Shown here one piece after another: positions 1 through 13,826 of a DNA stretch of 64,000 nt. The notes beneath the pieces are model-generated. The model saw only the letters and a list, made by a program, of their open reading frames with translations. It had not been told where the DNA came from and searched no databases. Source of the DNA: Lytechinus pictus. Taxonomy: Eukaryota. The position numbers and the translations under genes were made by a program. The stretch covers positions 11,038,001-11,102,000 of the forward strand of contig NC_087263.1 of NCBI RefSeq assembly GCF_037042905.1. Reading direction: 5' to 3'. Position 1 is the first letter of the stretch, and every line of letters begins with the position of its first letter.

Positions 1-226
1 GGTAAGTGTCAACTTTTCTTTGAATTTCCTGGGTGTATGTAAACTTCTAGCCTCAACTGCATATGCATATCAGGGCCCGATAACAAAGCTTTTTTTAATA
101 GAGATTGATCTACGGGCTGATTTCTATGGTGGAGTGCACTGACTATGTCAATCATAAAACAGCCCGACAATCAGTCCCTAAGCTTTATGTTAGGTAGATT
201 TATGGCACGTTCGGTTGGGCACTTAC

Positions 227-340
227 GACTTTCATTTCTTTTTCCATCCTCTCCTTATCCAGCCTGAGTTGGATCATCGCTTTAGAAAACTTTTCCTGTT
301 CTTCCAGGGGAACGGCTCCACTGAACTGTCTTCTCAAACC
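227..340 (-). CDS. CEP290: CEP290 coding exon 29 (GLRRQFSGAVPLEEQEKFSKAMIQL...MKV)
   Basis: cag|GGT ... GTC|gtaagt. Confidence 0.94.
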
Positions 341-1522
341 CTGTAAAGTAGAGAAAAGGAATTTCCCTCGGAATGAATCCTCTATTTTCAAATTATATTA
401 ATTTCACTTAGCTGTCTACATTTATTCAGCACAATAACCATGGCAGAGCAGCCGTTATACACTCAGCTTTTCAAAGAATAGGAGTGAATCTGTGTCAGAT
501 CCTTTTTGCTAAAAGAAATTAAAGCCGTAGGCTTCAAACACATAACCCTCTGATTGAAAGAAGAGTCGAGGTGCATCATATCTGACCCTTCCTATTTAAA
601 ATGAAAATCCATATTAAAATTGTTCAAAATAGAAATGTGAGAATAGAAATATTCCGAATATTCATCTTGCCCAATTGATCGTGGGCCCGGCAGCTACTGT
701 GCAGAGCCATATTAACGAGGCTCTATCCCTTTAATGTCAAACGTCAGAGTAGCGGCAACTCCCATCTTTTTTTTTATTTTTGTATGATGTGGCCAGGGTT
801 TGAACTCCCGACCTCCCGGTTGTGAGACGGTTGCTCTACCAACTGAGCCAACACGCCTGTCATTTATCTCCTCCATATCTACATCGTATTCCTCCAATCA
901 CCCTATCAATCTGATAAATTCTGCTTAGACACCCAAATGCTCCTCTAATCTTAAACCTAACAAAATAGTGAACATGCTGACAAGTATATTCTGTTATTTC
1001 CACAGGCTTCGTACAATGACTGTTCCGTTTCATTAGGTACAAGGTAAAGATTAATAATTATAAAAAGTATATAGTAAGTGAATTAATTGAATGGCTATCC
1101 TAAGATGTCTAGCTTCAGTCCTTGAACCAACCCAAGAAGTGGATAGATTCGTTGCAAACATCCAGAAGTTCCTCTAATCTTAACCCTGACACTGTTTAGA
1201 TAGGGGGGGGGGCTGGTAATGAATAACAAGAAGTCTATAACAAATGCATTACTTGGACGGTTCTCCTTAGATGTCTCGCTTTATTCCTTGAGTCAACCTG
1301 GCAATGGTAGAGACTCTGCGCTTTCTCATCAAGCTGTTTCTCCAACCTCAGAACCTTGGCTTCTAGTTGTCTGTTCTTCATGGTAGCAGCCTCCAGCTTC
1401 CTGACCGCCGTACCCTCGCTCACCTGAAGGGCTACGATGTGATGGTGAAGCTTACCTGATGGGAAGAAGAGAGGATAGTAGAAAGATGGATGGATAGATA
1501 GATAGGATTGATTGATAGATAA

Positions 1523-1559
<37 letters not shown>

Positions 1560-4500
1560 TAGATAAATGGTTTGAAATATGAATCAAAACATTTGCTAGA
1601 AGATTGTAACATATTAACTCTTCTTGCGTTGACCCGTTAACCCCTCTGTGTGTTGCATTATTTTAGCAGTGAAACCTTCTACGTGGTATAATTCCCTCTT
1701 TTATATACATGTAGAGGGCTAGGCGTACAACTTTTATCTGAATATTCTAAAAAGGAAATGTTGTGTATAGCAAAATTGTATAGTTTTTCTTGTAATGTAT
1801 AAATTTAGTGCGTTATTAATGTAATCTGGGAATGCAATAAAGCATAGTATACTATTTTTTTTTAAACTCTTTCTTCGAACATTTTCAACAAAACTATAAT
1901 CCTTTATTTTGCTTCTGCCAGTGGCATGATTTTTTTTGTATTCACCTGGACAGTTCATTACACAAGCTATCTATTGATAGCAAAATCATGATAATCCATT
2001 CAAAGTATATCTGATGAAAGCACCTCTTTCACATGAGTCATAATATGATCCTGACCATGGTATTGTTTGTAAAGAGGGATTGATTGATTTTCTTCTCTCT
2101 TCTTTTTAACACTTAAAGTTTGTCACTACGCTGCTGAGAATTTTCTTTTTTACTCAAGTCACAGTTCTTTCCTAATACACACAGAGTGCATTAAGTCTAC
2201 TGTACATACACACATACACAATAGTGATGCGTACATCACATTGTACAGTGTTCACACAAAGCATTTCTTTACAATAAACCAATCAAAAGTTACTGTGAGT
2301 TGAGTTAGCATAGTCCATGCAAACCACTCTTAAAGGACAAGTCCACCCCAACAAAAAATTGATTCGCATACAAAGAGAAAAATCCAACAAGCATAACACT
2401 AAAAATGTCATCAAAATCGGATATAAAATAAGAATGTTATGACATTTTAAAGTTTCGCTTCATTTCACCAAACAGTTACATGTATATGCACATCCTGGTT
2501 GGTATGCAAATGAGGAGACTGATGATGTCACCCACTCACTATTTCTTTTGTATTTCATTATATGAAATATTCTAATTTTCTCCTCATTGTCAAGTGAAAC
2601 AGTTATTAATTCCTCCCTGAGCATTGTTTAATACTATATAATTCAAACAATAAAAAACAAAAGAAATAGTGAGTGATGGACATCATCGACTGACTCATTT
2701 GCATGTCACTTAGTTGGGCAAATCACTGTTTTGTGAAAAATAAGCGAAACTTTAAAATGCCATAACTTTCTTATTTTACATCCGATTTGGATGAAATTTT
2801 CAGTATTATGCTAGTTTGATTTTCTTTATTTATGCCAATCAACATTTTGCAGGGGGGAATCGACAATTAAGGTGGCACCTTAAAGTTAATGAGGCAAAGG
2901 AGGAATCATGACCATGGCAGACAAAGAGTATATTATCAACCATTGGGAATGAGTTATATATGTCAGGGTAGTTCATGGTTGTCGGCTTTGCCGATGAAGT
3001 TTTTCAGGGTAGTCGGCGCCAAATCACCATGACGCGTGAAAGAGTTTATTATCAATCATTGGCAATGAGTTATATATTATTTTTAGGTAAAGAACCTCAG
3101 TGCTCGTTACCTATAATGGCTTTCTCATCACTTTGGGTCTGTATGTCTAGGAGTTGTTGCCGTAGCGATTGGACCTCCTTGTCTCTTGAGACCTGCTGTG
3201 CTTCCAAGGCCTTGGACTGGAAAGAGGCTACATCTACCATTTCCTATAAACACAAGAAGGGCATTTTAATTATAAAAGCATAGACCTAGTCCATACTCAA
3301 CAAGAAGTGAGGGTAAATTGCCAATTCATCTACTGCCAACTCGTCCACTCATCATATGGTCTACCTTCATTAGGTCTAATGCCACTCCATCCATCAACAT
3401 TTCGTCTAAAGGCTGTTTGGTCTAATTATCACTTCGTTGAATCGCCTGTTGGTCAATGACCACTTCCGTCTCATAACCAGTTGGTCTAATATGAATTCAA
3501 TTTTCATTCATTTTGCCCAATTAATAATCAGTCCAATTAGACCGAATGGTATGACTAAATGGCTATTGGGGCAACTAGTTCATAAACAAAATGGGGAGTG
3601 GATGAAATGGCAATTAGACCATGTGGATAGTGGATGAACTGACGGTAGACCAAATGACAGTAGATGAGTTGGTAATTGGACGAATTGGCATTAGACCAAA
3701 TTGAAAATAAAACAACAAAAATTTAAGGCCTCTCAAAACCTTACCTTCAGCTTATCATTTTCATTTCTTAGTGCGGCTGCCGATCTTTCCAGCTCAGTGA
3801 TATTTCTCTTGTCGATGTCACTAGCTGCTTTGGTAACGCACTGCGATAGTTCGTCTCTCAGCTCCTGTTCACTGCGCTGCAACTCAAGGTTAAGCTTCGT
3901 CAACTGGAAATAACATGGAAAATCAATGTTACAATGCCAGCATCTGGAGACTGTTGCAGAAAGATTTGCAATCAACGCAACTCCCAAAATCAATGTGACT
4001 CAATATCAAACCAATGAAACGCGAGTCATAGGGACTTGCGATTAATTACATGCACTGCGTTTGCTAAATATAACAATAATATTTGAAGTTTATATAGTGC
4101 ATAATAGTCAAAACACAATAGTTTAAACATAACTTTTTCTGCAGCAGGCCTCAGGTCTGAGAAGAACTCAACAGGGACAAAATATTGCCACTAGGGTGAT
4201 GATGACACAAGGAGGATATGTGTGTATGAATTTGAATTGTGTGGATTACCAATGAAAAAATCCGCTTATAGAGAGTTTTCCCGTAGTAAATGCGTAAAGT
4301 TCAGAATAAAGTATAAGAGGGACATATCACGCTGTTTGGGTATGGGAAAAATTAACAAAGAATAAAAATACAATTACTATGATCATATCCCTATCATCAC
4401 CAGCCCAAAGACCACTCCACCATTGCAATCTGAACAATGGAGGCATCGTGGTCTAATGGCTATGACTTTCGTCTCTCAATCTGAGGGACGTTGGTTCCAT

Positions 4501-7500
4501 ATCAAGCCATATTGTGTTTTCCTTCAGCAAGAAATTTACCCACACTGTGCTGCACTCAACCCAGTCGATGTGAATGGGTACCCGGTAGGAAGAGATTCCT
4601 CGAATGCTTGAGCGCCTAGGTAGCCGAGCTAAGGCTGGGGTAGTAATAATAGCAGGGACCTCTGGGAGAAAAATTTTCTGAAGGGTGCCTACCCTGGGTA
4701 AATATACATTTATTATTATTACAATGACAACCACCATGACAACCATCAACATTACAGGGTTCCCAGCTTTTCAAGAAAACAAAATTCCCTAATTTTTCCC
4801 AGATGAAGTTTAAAAATACCCTGATAATTATTTGAACCCATTCCCGGTTTCGCATGCTTTTTAAGTTGTTGCAGTGAATTACATGTATTTTCAGTATAAA
4901 AACAATAATGTAAAACTAATTAGTACCACCACAACCAGTCATTCAATGGATGTTGTTTTGATATGCAACAAAATATAACTGAGTCTGACTGACTTCTGTG
5001 CTTTCGACTTTGGGGCTGATCAGAATTTCCCTGATTTTTCCCCCATTTGAGGCATTTTCCCCTGATTTGAGGTATTTTCAAAATCAAATTCCATGACTAT
5101 TCCCTGACTGGAAAAAAGTAAAATCATTTTCCCTGATTTCCCTGATGGGCTGGGAATCCTGCATTATGACTCACATCAGCAAACTTCTGCTCCAGCTCGG
5201 TGTTCCTCATCTCCATCGTATGCAGACTGTTCCTCATCTGATTCTGCATCCTGACAGCATGCTCCGCCCTCTGCCTCTCATTCAACTCCTTCATCTCCAT
5301 GGTAGTCAGCCTCTTAGCCAATGAGAGCGTCTCGCTCCCAGGGTAAACACTTCCTCTTTTCTTCCCAAGAGCCTCTGTTTGAAGACCAAACAGACAAAAA
5401 ATGATTTAGTGATTCTTCAGGTACCGAGACATACATTTTTTTAATCTAAAAAAAAAAAAAAAAATCCAATAGAGAGAATCACATAGTAAAAATCATAATA
5501 TATTTCCTTGCAAATAATTTTAACAAAAGTAAAGATGGAAACAAAATAAAAATTGCTTGTTCTAAGTATGAATTATCACATGAATTAGAAACACATATCT
5601 GCATGAATCTGTCGCCGTATGGTCATGCAGAAAATCAGCTGCAAGCCAAAATTGGTAAAGTTACTGAAAAGTACATTTTACATGTATCAGAGATATGAGC
5701 AATCACAAATAAAAAGAGCTGAAAAAAACCTAAAGACTATTGAAAAAAAGCAAAAATTGAAGATCTCTCATACCTTTTGTACAAAGCAAAGCTAAAATAA
5801 GCTGAAAATCAAAAGCAAAATAGCTGAAATAAGCTAAAAGCCAAACTCTTACACCCCGGATTCATGCAATGGGGCCCAGACCAACATTCCATCCAGGATA
5901 CATACCTTGTAAGTTTCCGTAATCTTGCATTGCTTGCTCTAGGGTATGTAGTTTCTCTTTCTCCATCGTGAGTTCTCTCTTCAGATTGTCAAGATCATCT
6001 TCAAGCCTTTGGTTCTCACCCTGAACATAATAATAATAATAATAATAATAACATTCATATAGCACTTAATAAAATGTTTCTAAGCTCTGCATACCATTAA
6101 CCCAGCTTTCGCATAGCTTCCCTGCTCGGACGCTCGAGCATTCAAGGAATTTCTTCCTACTGGGTACCAATTTACTACACGTGGGTGGAGAGTGGCAAAT
6201 GTAAAAAAATGCCCTGCCAAATGATGCGATGTGATTCGAACCCTACACTTTGTGGTTCAAAGTGAGTAGACTTATCCACTAAGCCACAACACCTCTACAA
6301 ATAAGATACCAATGTTTGATTATACAATGTGTCTCAGAGAGAAAATAAAGGAAACCTGTTTTCAGAGATAAATATCACAATCAACAAACATGTTTCGATT
6401 ACCATTTTGACACTAATACTAAGAGTGAAATCTTCTCTTTGATTTGAGACCAAATACTCAATGAATCATTCACGCATGGGATATAAAAAACGATAAATAA
6501 TGAGGAACATCAGACCCAATTTCAAAGTAGGGCATTAACTATATTTAACTTTGAACTTTATAAAATTGGATCTCAAGATTCTTAAAGAGTGCAGGGAGCA
6601 CTAAGTCTCACCTCCAGCTGGTCAATGCGAGTGTTTCTAGTAACCAATTGATTGTCAGTCTGTAGTAAGTCTCTGTACTTGGCAGCTAATTCATTGAACT
6701 GCCTGTTGGCGGAGGCTAACTCGGATGCAGGCACGCTGTCATCGAGAACCCTCTGCAAAGCAGCAACTTTGAACTGGGAAGCCTCCTGTCAAGAAAGAAG
6801 AGGAAACCATAAATTTCTGCTTTGCCTGCACTCACTTTTTGCATAATGGGGGACCTAAGGCTACACACTCTGTTAATGAATAAACTTAAATATTTGTTTC
6901 CTGATCACATTTTAAAAACATTATATTCTACACTTGTTTTATCCCATATGAATTATGGAATATTGGCCTGGGGTAATTGCAATACAACCTTAATTAATAA
7001 AATATTCACGATACAAAAACGAGCAATTAGGGTGGTTAATCAAGTTGGTTTTTATTCCCATACAAACCCATTATTTTTCCAAAATAAAGTACTCAAAATT
7101 TCTGATATATATGCATTTCAAGTTGGTATATTTATGTTTCAGCTTTCAAGAGGTGAATTGCCTGATACATTTGTTTCTATGTTTCAAAGGAACAATCTAA
7201 TCCACACATATCCCACCCGGCTAAGTGACTCCTATCACCTTCCGCGTACTCGCACTCTCCTTGCTCAAAGAACTATCGCATTTGAAGGGCCCAGGTTTTG
7301 GAACGATCTTCCCGATGATATGGTATATAGTGCATCACTTATTATATTCAAACGTAAATTGAAAGCGATGCTTATCAATTCTTATAATTTCCCTTTGTAA
7401 ACTTTTATATTCATGCACTTTGTTAATACGCTCTGGCCGAGTAATGAGTAATAAATAATTGTCATAGAGTGGCGGACTCTTTTTTATTTATTTATTATTA

Positions 7501-10500
7501 TTATTATTTTTTTTTTTATTCCTTACACAATCGTCACATTTTTGGCATTACCTTGTTATAATCAATTTACTTACCTGTCCTCTCCTCATTAAGACCGATT
7601 TTTTTTCTGGATCCTGCAGACTTAACAAGCCTTGCTTTTTTATGCAGGTTCCCTCATATTTCACTCTTTTAAATTGTCTTTAATTCCAAATCGCTATTTT
7701 CTTTAATTTGAATTAATTGTTATGCCTTGTCTGATTTGTATTCTCATAGGTTTTCTGATATTGTTTCCTAATTTTGTTTGTACTTGTGAAATATGTGAAA
7801 TAAAATAAAATCAAATCAAATCAAAATGAACGATAAAAACTACGGCAATTTCAATATTGGAACCGACTAACTTACTCCAATTTGTGATAAACATTCTAAA
7901 GATCATTAACCAAGAAGAAAATATAATGAAACTCAATAAACGAAAGTCCTGCCATGTTATCCGAACACCTCTTGATTTTGCCCCCCCTACTTAGAAGGGG
8001 TCCTAAAGCTCCGCACCTGATTTATCATGCAAACGAATAGTATTTTCCTGTTCCTCAATTTCTTAAACAAAGTATGTATTACTATAGGGAATTATGTACT
8101 TAAAGTGAATGTAACTCCAAAATTAAAAACAGCTGTGGGTTTTCTCTGCACTTCAGAATTCATTACAGCCTCTGTATAAAAATTGAATAGGAATCATTTG
8201 TCACACTGCAGTCACAGCTCTACACAGAGAGCTTTAGGTCCCACGTAGCTTTAGAACCCCCTACCATATATACATGTACATGTACTTTTCATCTGATCTC
8301 ACCCCAATAATAAATTTAATATCCATTTGCATAGTCAGAGATACCAACCCTACAGGATGGTTGTCAGTATAAACATTTACCACATTTGTCAGGTGCAAAT
8401 GAGGTGTTCTCAGCAACACATAACAACGCAGAAATTTCTCATGTGAAAATGGTTAAAAATGCACAAAAAACATATTACATGTAGTAACTCTATTACAAGT
8501 GGAACGCCTCTGGCCTGCATTATGTGATTCAATATACCAGCAGTGATGCCTTTGAAAAAAAAAAAAAAAAAATCAAGCCCTAGGCCGGGCGTCTAAGATA
8601 GGTACGGACAATACAATATAGCGCTCACTCTTCGCCCACTTCTACCACCAAAGTCTTATTTGCTTGAATGGATATTGGGGGCGTCTCGAACACGATTATC
8701 CGCCATCGAACTACCCCCACAATGCATAGCCGTGTGCATGATATTTAAACATCAAATACATCAGCCACATGTTTTTGTACGACACAAGACGCCGGCAGTC
8801 CGTCCATTCGTGGCATCAGTGATTAGTGGGCGAATGGCGTGTGTGAGTTTGCGGAAGTGCCACCCATGAAAGGGAGTATTTACGCTATTGGCATTACAAC
8901 ATATTCGAATTTTCGTTGACCAGAACTATGTGTTTGTATACCGCATTTGCGGAGTGATATGTGTCAATCCGTAGAAAATACGGACTGAGAGACAGGGACG
9001 GATGGCATCCCTGGCATAAGTACATCACAAGAAGCTAATAAAAACAGTTGAAATATACAAATAGCGAATAGGCATGAGTGCGAGATTTCGCATGAGGTGA
9101 AAGAAAGATGCTCTATTCAACGAGGCGTTAGCCGAGTTGAATAGAACGTCTCTTTCTTTCACCTAATGCGAAATCTTGCACCATTGCACGAATAAGAATA
9201 TTCGCTATTTGTGTTGCACGCCTCGGAATATAGTGAAAATATGAAAAAACAAGAGTTTATCCCTGTAGTAATCTATGAAAAGGGAGCAAAAATACTGAAA
9301 GCGGAAAGCAAAATCCCACAAGCGCACATGACCTTGGGTAGCATCGCGCATTTAGCCAGCAGCACCTTCATATTTACTGAGCGCATTGAATTAAATCGTA
9401 TTGTGACGTCACCTCCTAAAGCCGTGCAACGGTACATTTTGGATGGTACAGTACGTCTTTTGTGCAACGGTACGAATGTTTGAAATTCAGCCTCCCATTT
9501 GCTCGCGTACAACAAGCTTAGCAGGCGTTGTACAACACTGGTTAACATACCTTATGGCGTTGAAGATATCCCATTCTCTCTGTGATGGCGCTCTCCATCT
9601 GAACCATCTCATTACGAAGCTTGTTCACTTCCTGACAAAGCAGAGAACAGTTGCATATAAGGGTCAGTAATATCAATCAATACCCGAGTATTGTCTAGTG
9701 CTAAAGTATCACAAATGTCTGGGGATCATTGAATATTTTTTCAGTCATTAGATTTTATACTTAAACATTTTGAAGCCATTGGAATTCAAATTTCAGCCAT
9801 ATCTAGCGCCTTATCTCTGTCATTTTTGTTAATTTTATTTAAAATAGCCCCTTCGGCATTTAATTTACAAATGAAGTAAATGTATATAAGAAAGCTACAT
9901 ACATGGAAGGATTATACCCGGACATTTTCAGTCCATTATATGCTTGAGCACAGGTATCATCTAACAAGACCCCCCCCCCCAAAAAAAAAAAAATCAGACA
10001 AAATAAATGTTGATGTAAAATTTGCTAAGTTATCCAATAAAACACATATAAATTTTGATCCCTCACTTAATAACTTAACTGTTTTAGGATACACACATTC
10101 ATATAATCTGGTAATGAATCGGAATAGTGACAGACACATTTTATTTTTCACTTATTTTATTTTTTTGTTTATTTTATTTTTATTATTATAAATTATGAAT
10201 AGTGTTTTTTTGTATTTCTATCTTTCATTTTGTAAATTCTACCTTATTTATTTATTCATCTATTTATTCTGAATTTATTTTATTTATTCATCTATTTATT
10301 ATCTTATTTATTTATTTCATTTTATTTATTATTTATTCATTAATTCCATTTTATTCTTTATTTATTTATTCATTTATGAACTTTTATTCATTTACTTATC
10401 TTCTTTTTTTTTGGGGGGGGGGAGGGGTTAGCAACGCTAACGATATGCTTTAATCTCACCTTCCTTAGTGTAGCCTCTCCCTCCTGGCAGGATGTGAAGC

Positions 10501-11753
10501 GTCTGGTCAGTGCTTTCTCATTCACCCTCAATACAGTGACCTTCCTAGTCGACTCTGCAAGTCTCCTCTGCTGCTCGTCACCGTTAGCTTCTAAAGATTC
10601 CAACAGACGCTGTGAGATTGTGATGAGAACAGAATATCAAAATTTTAGCTTCTTTCTGGGGAGCATTCCATAAAAGGAATTGTCTGACGTTTTAACTGAC
10701 AAGTCCTGTTGTATCCAGTAGTTACCATATGATAGTAACAGAGATACTCGGCCAATGAAAATCAAGTAAAGTTGTCAGGGGGGTGTTTCATGAAGAGTTA
10801 CTTATGACTTAGAGTTGCACTTAAATGCCTAGTTCCATGTGGTATAAAAGGCATGACTGCATTGGTCAGATCATGCCAAGAGGATGCGCACTACTGCTTA
10901 ATGATCAACAAGGTAGCTCATTGGTACATATCGGCATTTAAGTGTAACTTAAAGTCCTACATGTAATTAAATCTTTGTGAAACACCTCCCAGATCTGACA
11001 AATAGTCGGACAGATGAGGTTAATGAAACACATTACTGGCAGTTATAATCTTTATGAATTATCATGATCACCCAGAAACACAGTGGCCCATATTCTTCTG
11101 AAAACTCTTTTATTCAACTCTTAGCTCTTTATGCGCCTTGAGCACTCTACAGAGTGTATTTGGCGCTTCATAAGTCACATTATTATCATTATTATGAAAT
11201 CTGGTTTATTAAGTCCGGCCATGGTCTAACCTTGTGTTAAACTTATGGGAAGCTGAAAATTTTCTTCACATTTCATGTTTGTCAATCATGCTTATTTTGT
11301 TCTATCACCATACCGTAATGGTATCCAAAAATAATTAAGTTGCATTCCCAAACAGCTACAAAAATATTGAGCCAAAAAAAAAAAACATGATGGGAATTAA
11401 TAAAAGCACCTACATTGAATTCTTGTTGTCTAGCTTCAAGGTCCTCTGCACTTTCCATTAGCTTCTGCTTCTCTTCCTTCCAGGATTTATCTTGCTGCTG
11501 CCATCCATCAACCTAATTCAAATTCAAATTCAAATTCAAATTCAATTCGGTTTTATTAAACAATACTCATCAAAAAGTCCGAAGACTCACAATGTGAGTT
11601 TACATTTTAAAAAAATACATAACAAAGAAATAAATAAATACATAACATGCAGTGACCATTAAAGAAGAAAAAATATACATTATGTTTAAAATGCAATAAT
11701 AGTATAAAAAGAAATAGAATGAGCAGATGCATGTAATAAGACAGATTAAATTC

Positions 11754-11784
<31 letters not shown>

Positions 11785-13272
11785 CAGGTGAGGAGCAAGA
11801 AAGGGGAGCAAGAACGACAAGAATAAACATGTGAAAAGGTGAGAATAGAGAGGGGGTGTAGCAAAAAATAAAGGAAAGAGGGGAAAAAGGAATGAATGAG
11901 GAAAAAAAGAAAGACCCCCTAGTAAACAATAAATTGCAGATTACAAATATAATAATTATGTGTAACAAAAAAAAATAAAAAAATAAAAATAAAAAACCTG
12001 AAAAGGGCATTGAATTGACTCCTGTTAATGTAAGTCTCCCTCGGCTAGACTGATCTCCCCGATCAGGATATCTAGGGCCTGTTGAAATTTGTAACTATAC
12101 GTTTGTAACTTGGCAAGGTAATCAATGTAAATCTGCCATACTTGGCGCCAATCTATCTTGCTTGACATTAATTACTCTGTTTATCTACTCAAGCATTTTC
12201 AACTAATTTAATTTGCAAGTAGACGGCCGCTCTACCAACTGAGCCAACAAGATGCAGGATAAGAGGAGAGCAAGACTCCCCATCTAAGAAGCTGGCTGGC
12301 CAATCTAAGGCTGCCTCCCCGAATCCCTACGAAACCATTTACAATACTTTATCCTGGTACTCCTGATAGAGTAAGCCTTGTTGATGGCGGAGCACCTACT
12401 CAAGCATTTTTAACTATTTAATGTGCAAGTGAGCCAACAAGATGAAGGATAAGAGGAGAGCAAGATTCCCCATCTAAGAAGCTGGCTGGCCAATCTAACG
12501 CTGCCTCCCAAAATCCCTACGAAACCATTTACAATACCTTCTCTTGGTATTCCTGATAGAGTAAGCCTTGTTGATGGCGGAGCACTGCAAAACGTCTTCT
12601 GTACGTCTGAAGAGCTGTCTCACACTTCCCTAGCTGGTCTTCCCTGACAGACAACTCCTTTATAACCAAAAACAAAATATGAAATTCAAACAGCAAATTC
12701 AAAGAAACACTTTCACTGATGTACCTGTCAAAGATAGGGGACTACAATCTACAAGCCTGGCTTTTCAGCAGTCCCCTCCATACCCAACCTGTTATACAAA
12801 TTGCCTGTTGTACATTACGAATTCATTGTATGCTGTACATTTGTTTTAAAATGCATACTATGTTACTTGAATTGAATTTGTTCGTTGGATATAGAAATAA
12901 ATGAAATCAAATGATCTAACAGATATATTGGGCTCCGTCTAAAGCAGTATATACACAACAAAGAGTTGGGATAGATTCATATGAAATACAAAATTTGATT
13001 GATTTTAATTGTAAAGGTTTAAGAGACAGAAATTCAGATAGATTTAGATTAAGATTGATTTGTATTCACTACAAAGCTTTGAGAAACGGGTCCTTGGTTG
13101 TTCAGCTTTGCTCAATGGTTCAAGTCCCTTAGAATGGCAAAGGGGTAAATGGCATCATAACTGTCTTAATCACATCATCTCCATGATCACCACCACCACC
13201 ACCGCCGCCAACACCACCAACACCACCACCACCACCATCATCATCCCCATCATCACCATCATTGTCATCATC

Positions 13273-13304
<32 letters not shown>

Positions 13305-13763
13305 CATCACCATCACCATTACCATCATCATCATCATCACCATCAACACCATCACCATCACCATCAACATCATCATCATCACAATCACCATCACCATCAA
13401 TATCATGACCAGGACACCACACTTTGCTCTATAATTTCAAATCAAATCTGACTTGCCTGCAACGCATGCACAAGTTGTTCATTCAGAGAAGCGATGATCT
13501 CTGCACTGGACACAGCCAGACCTTGCGGTAGAGCCGTTTGATGAAGGGTCATGACCCCTGCCCCTTGACCCAGGTCACGAAGGTCCTTCAAGTCTTGCTG
13601 CAACCTTGTAATCTGAAAAAAATAGAGATAAATATATATAATTTGTATTGCATATACAGTATATAGCTTGATATTAATAATTTGGCCCAATAATTCTATT
13701 TTTTTCAGCATTCTGTCTTTGTCAGTTTACAGTATGTGTGTGTGTGTGTGTGTGTGTGTATAA

Positions 13764-13826
<63 letters not shown>

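Noticed and set aside
790..862. Possible tRNA gene
   Set aside because: Imperfect acceptor stem and continuation into a SINE body, so treated as a SINE head
13060..13434. ORFs rich in Ile/Thr, Asp/Gly or Met/Val
   Set aside because: Translations of a (CAT/CAC)n microsatellite
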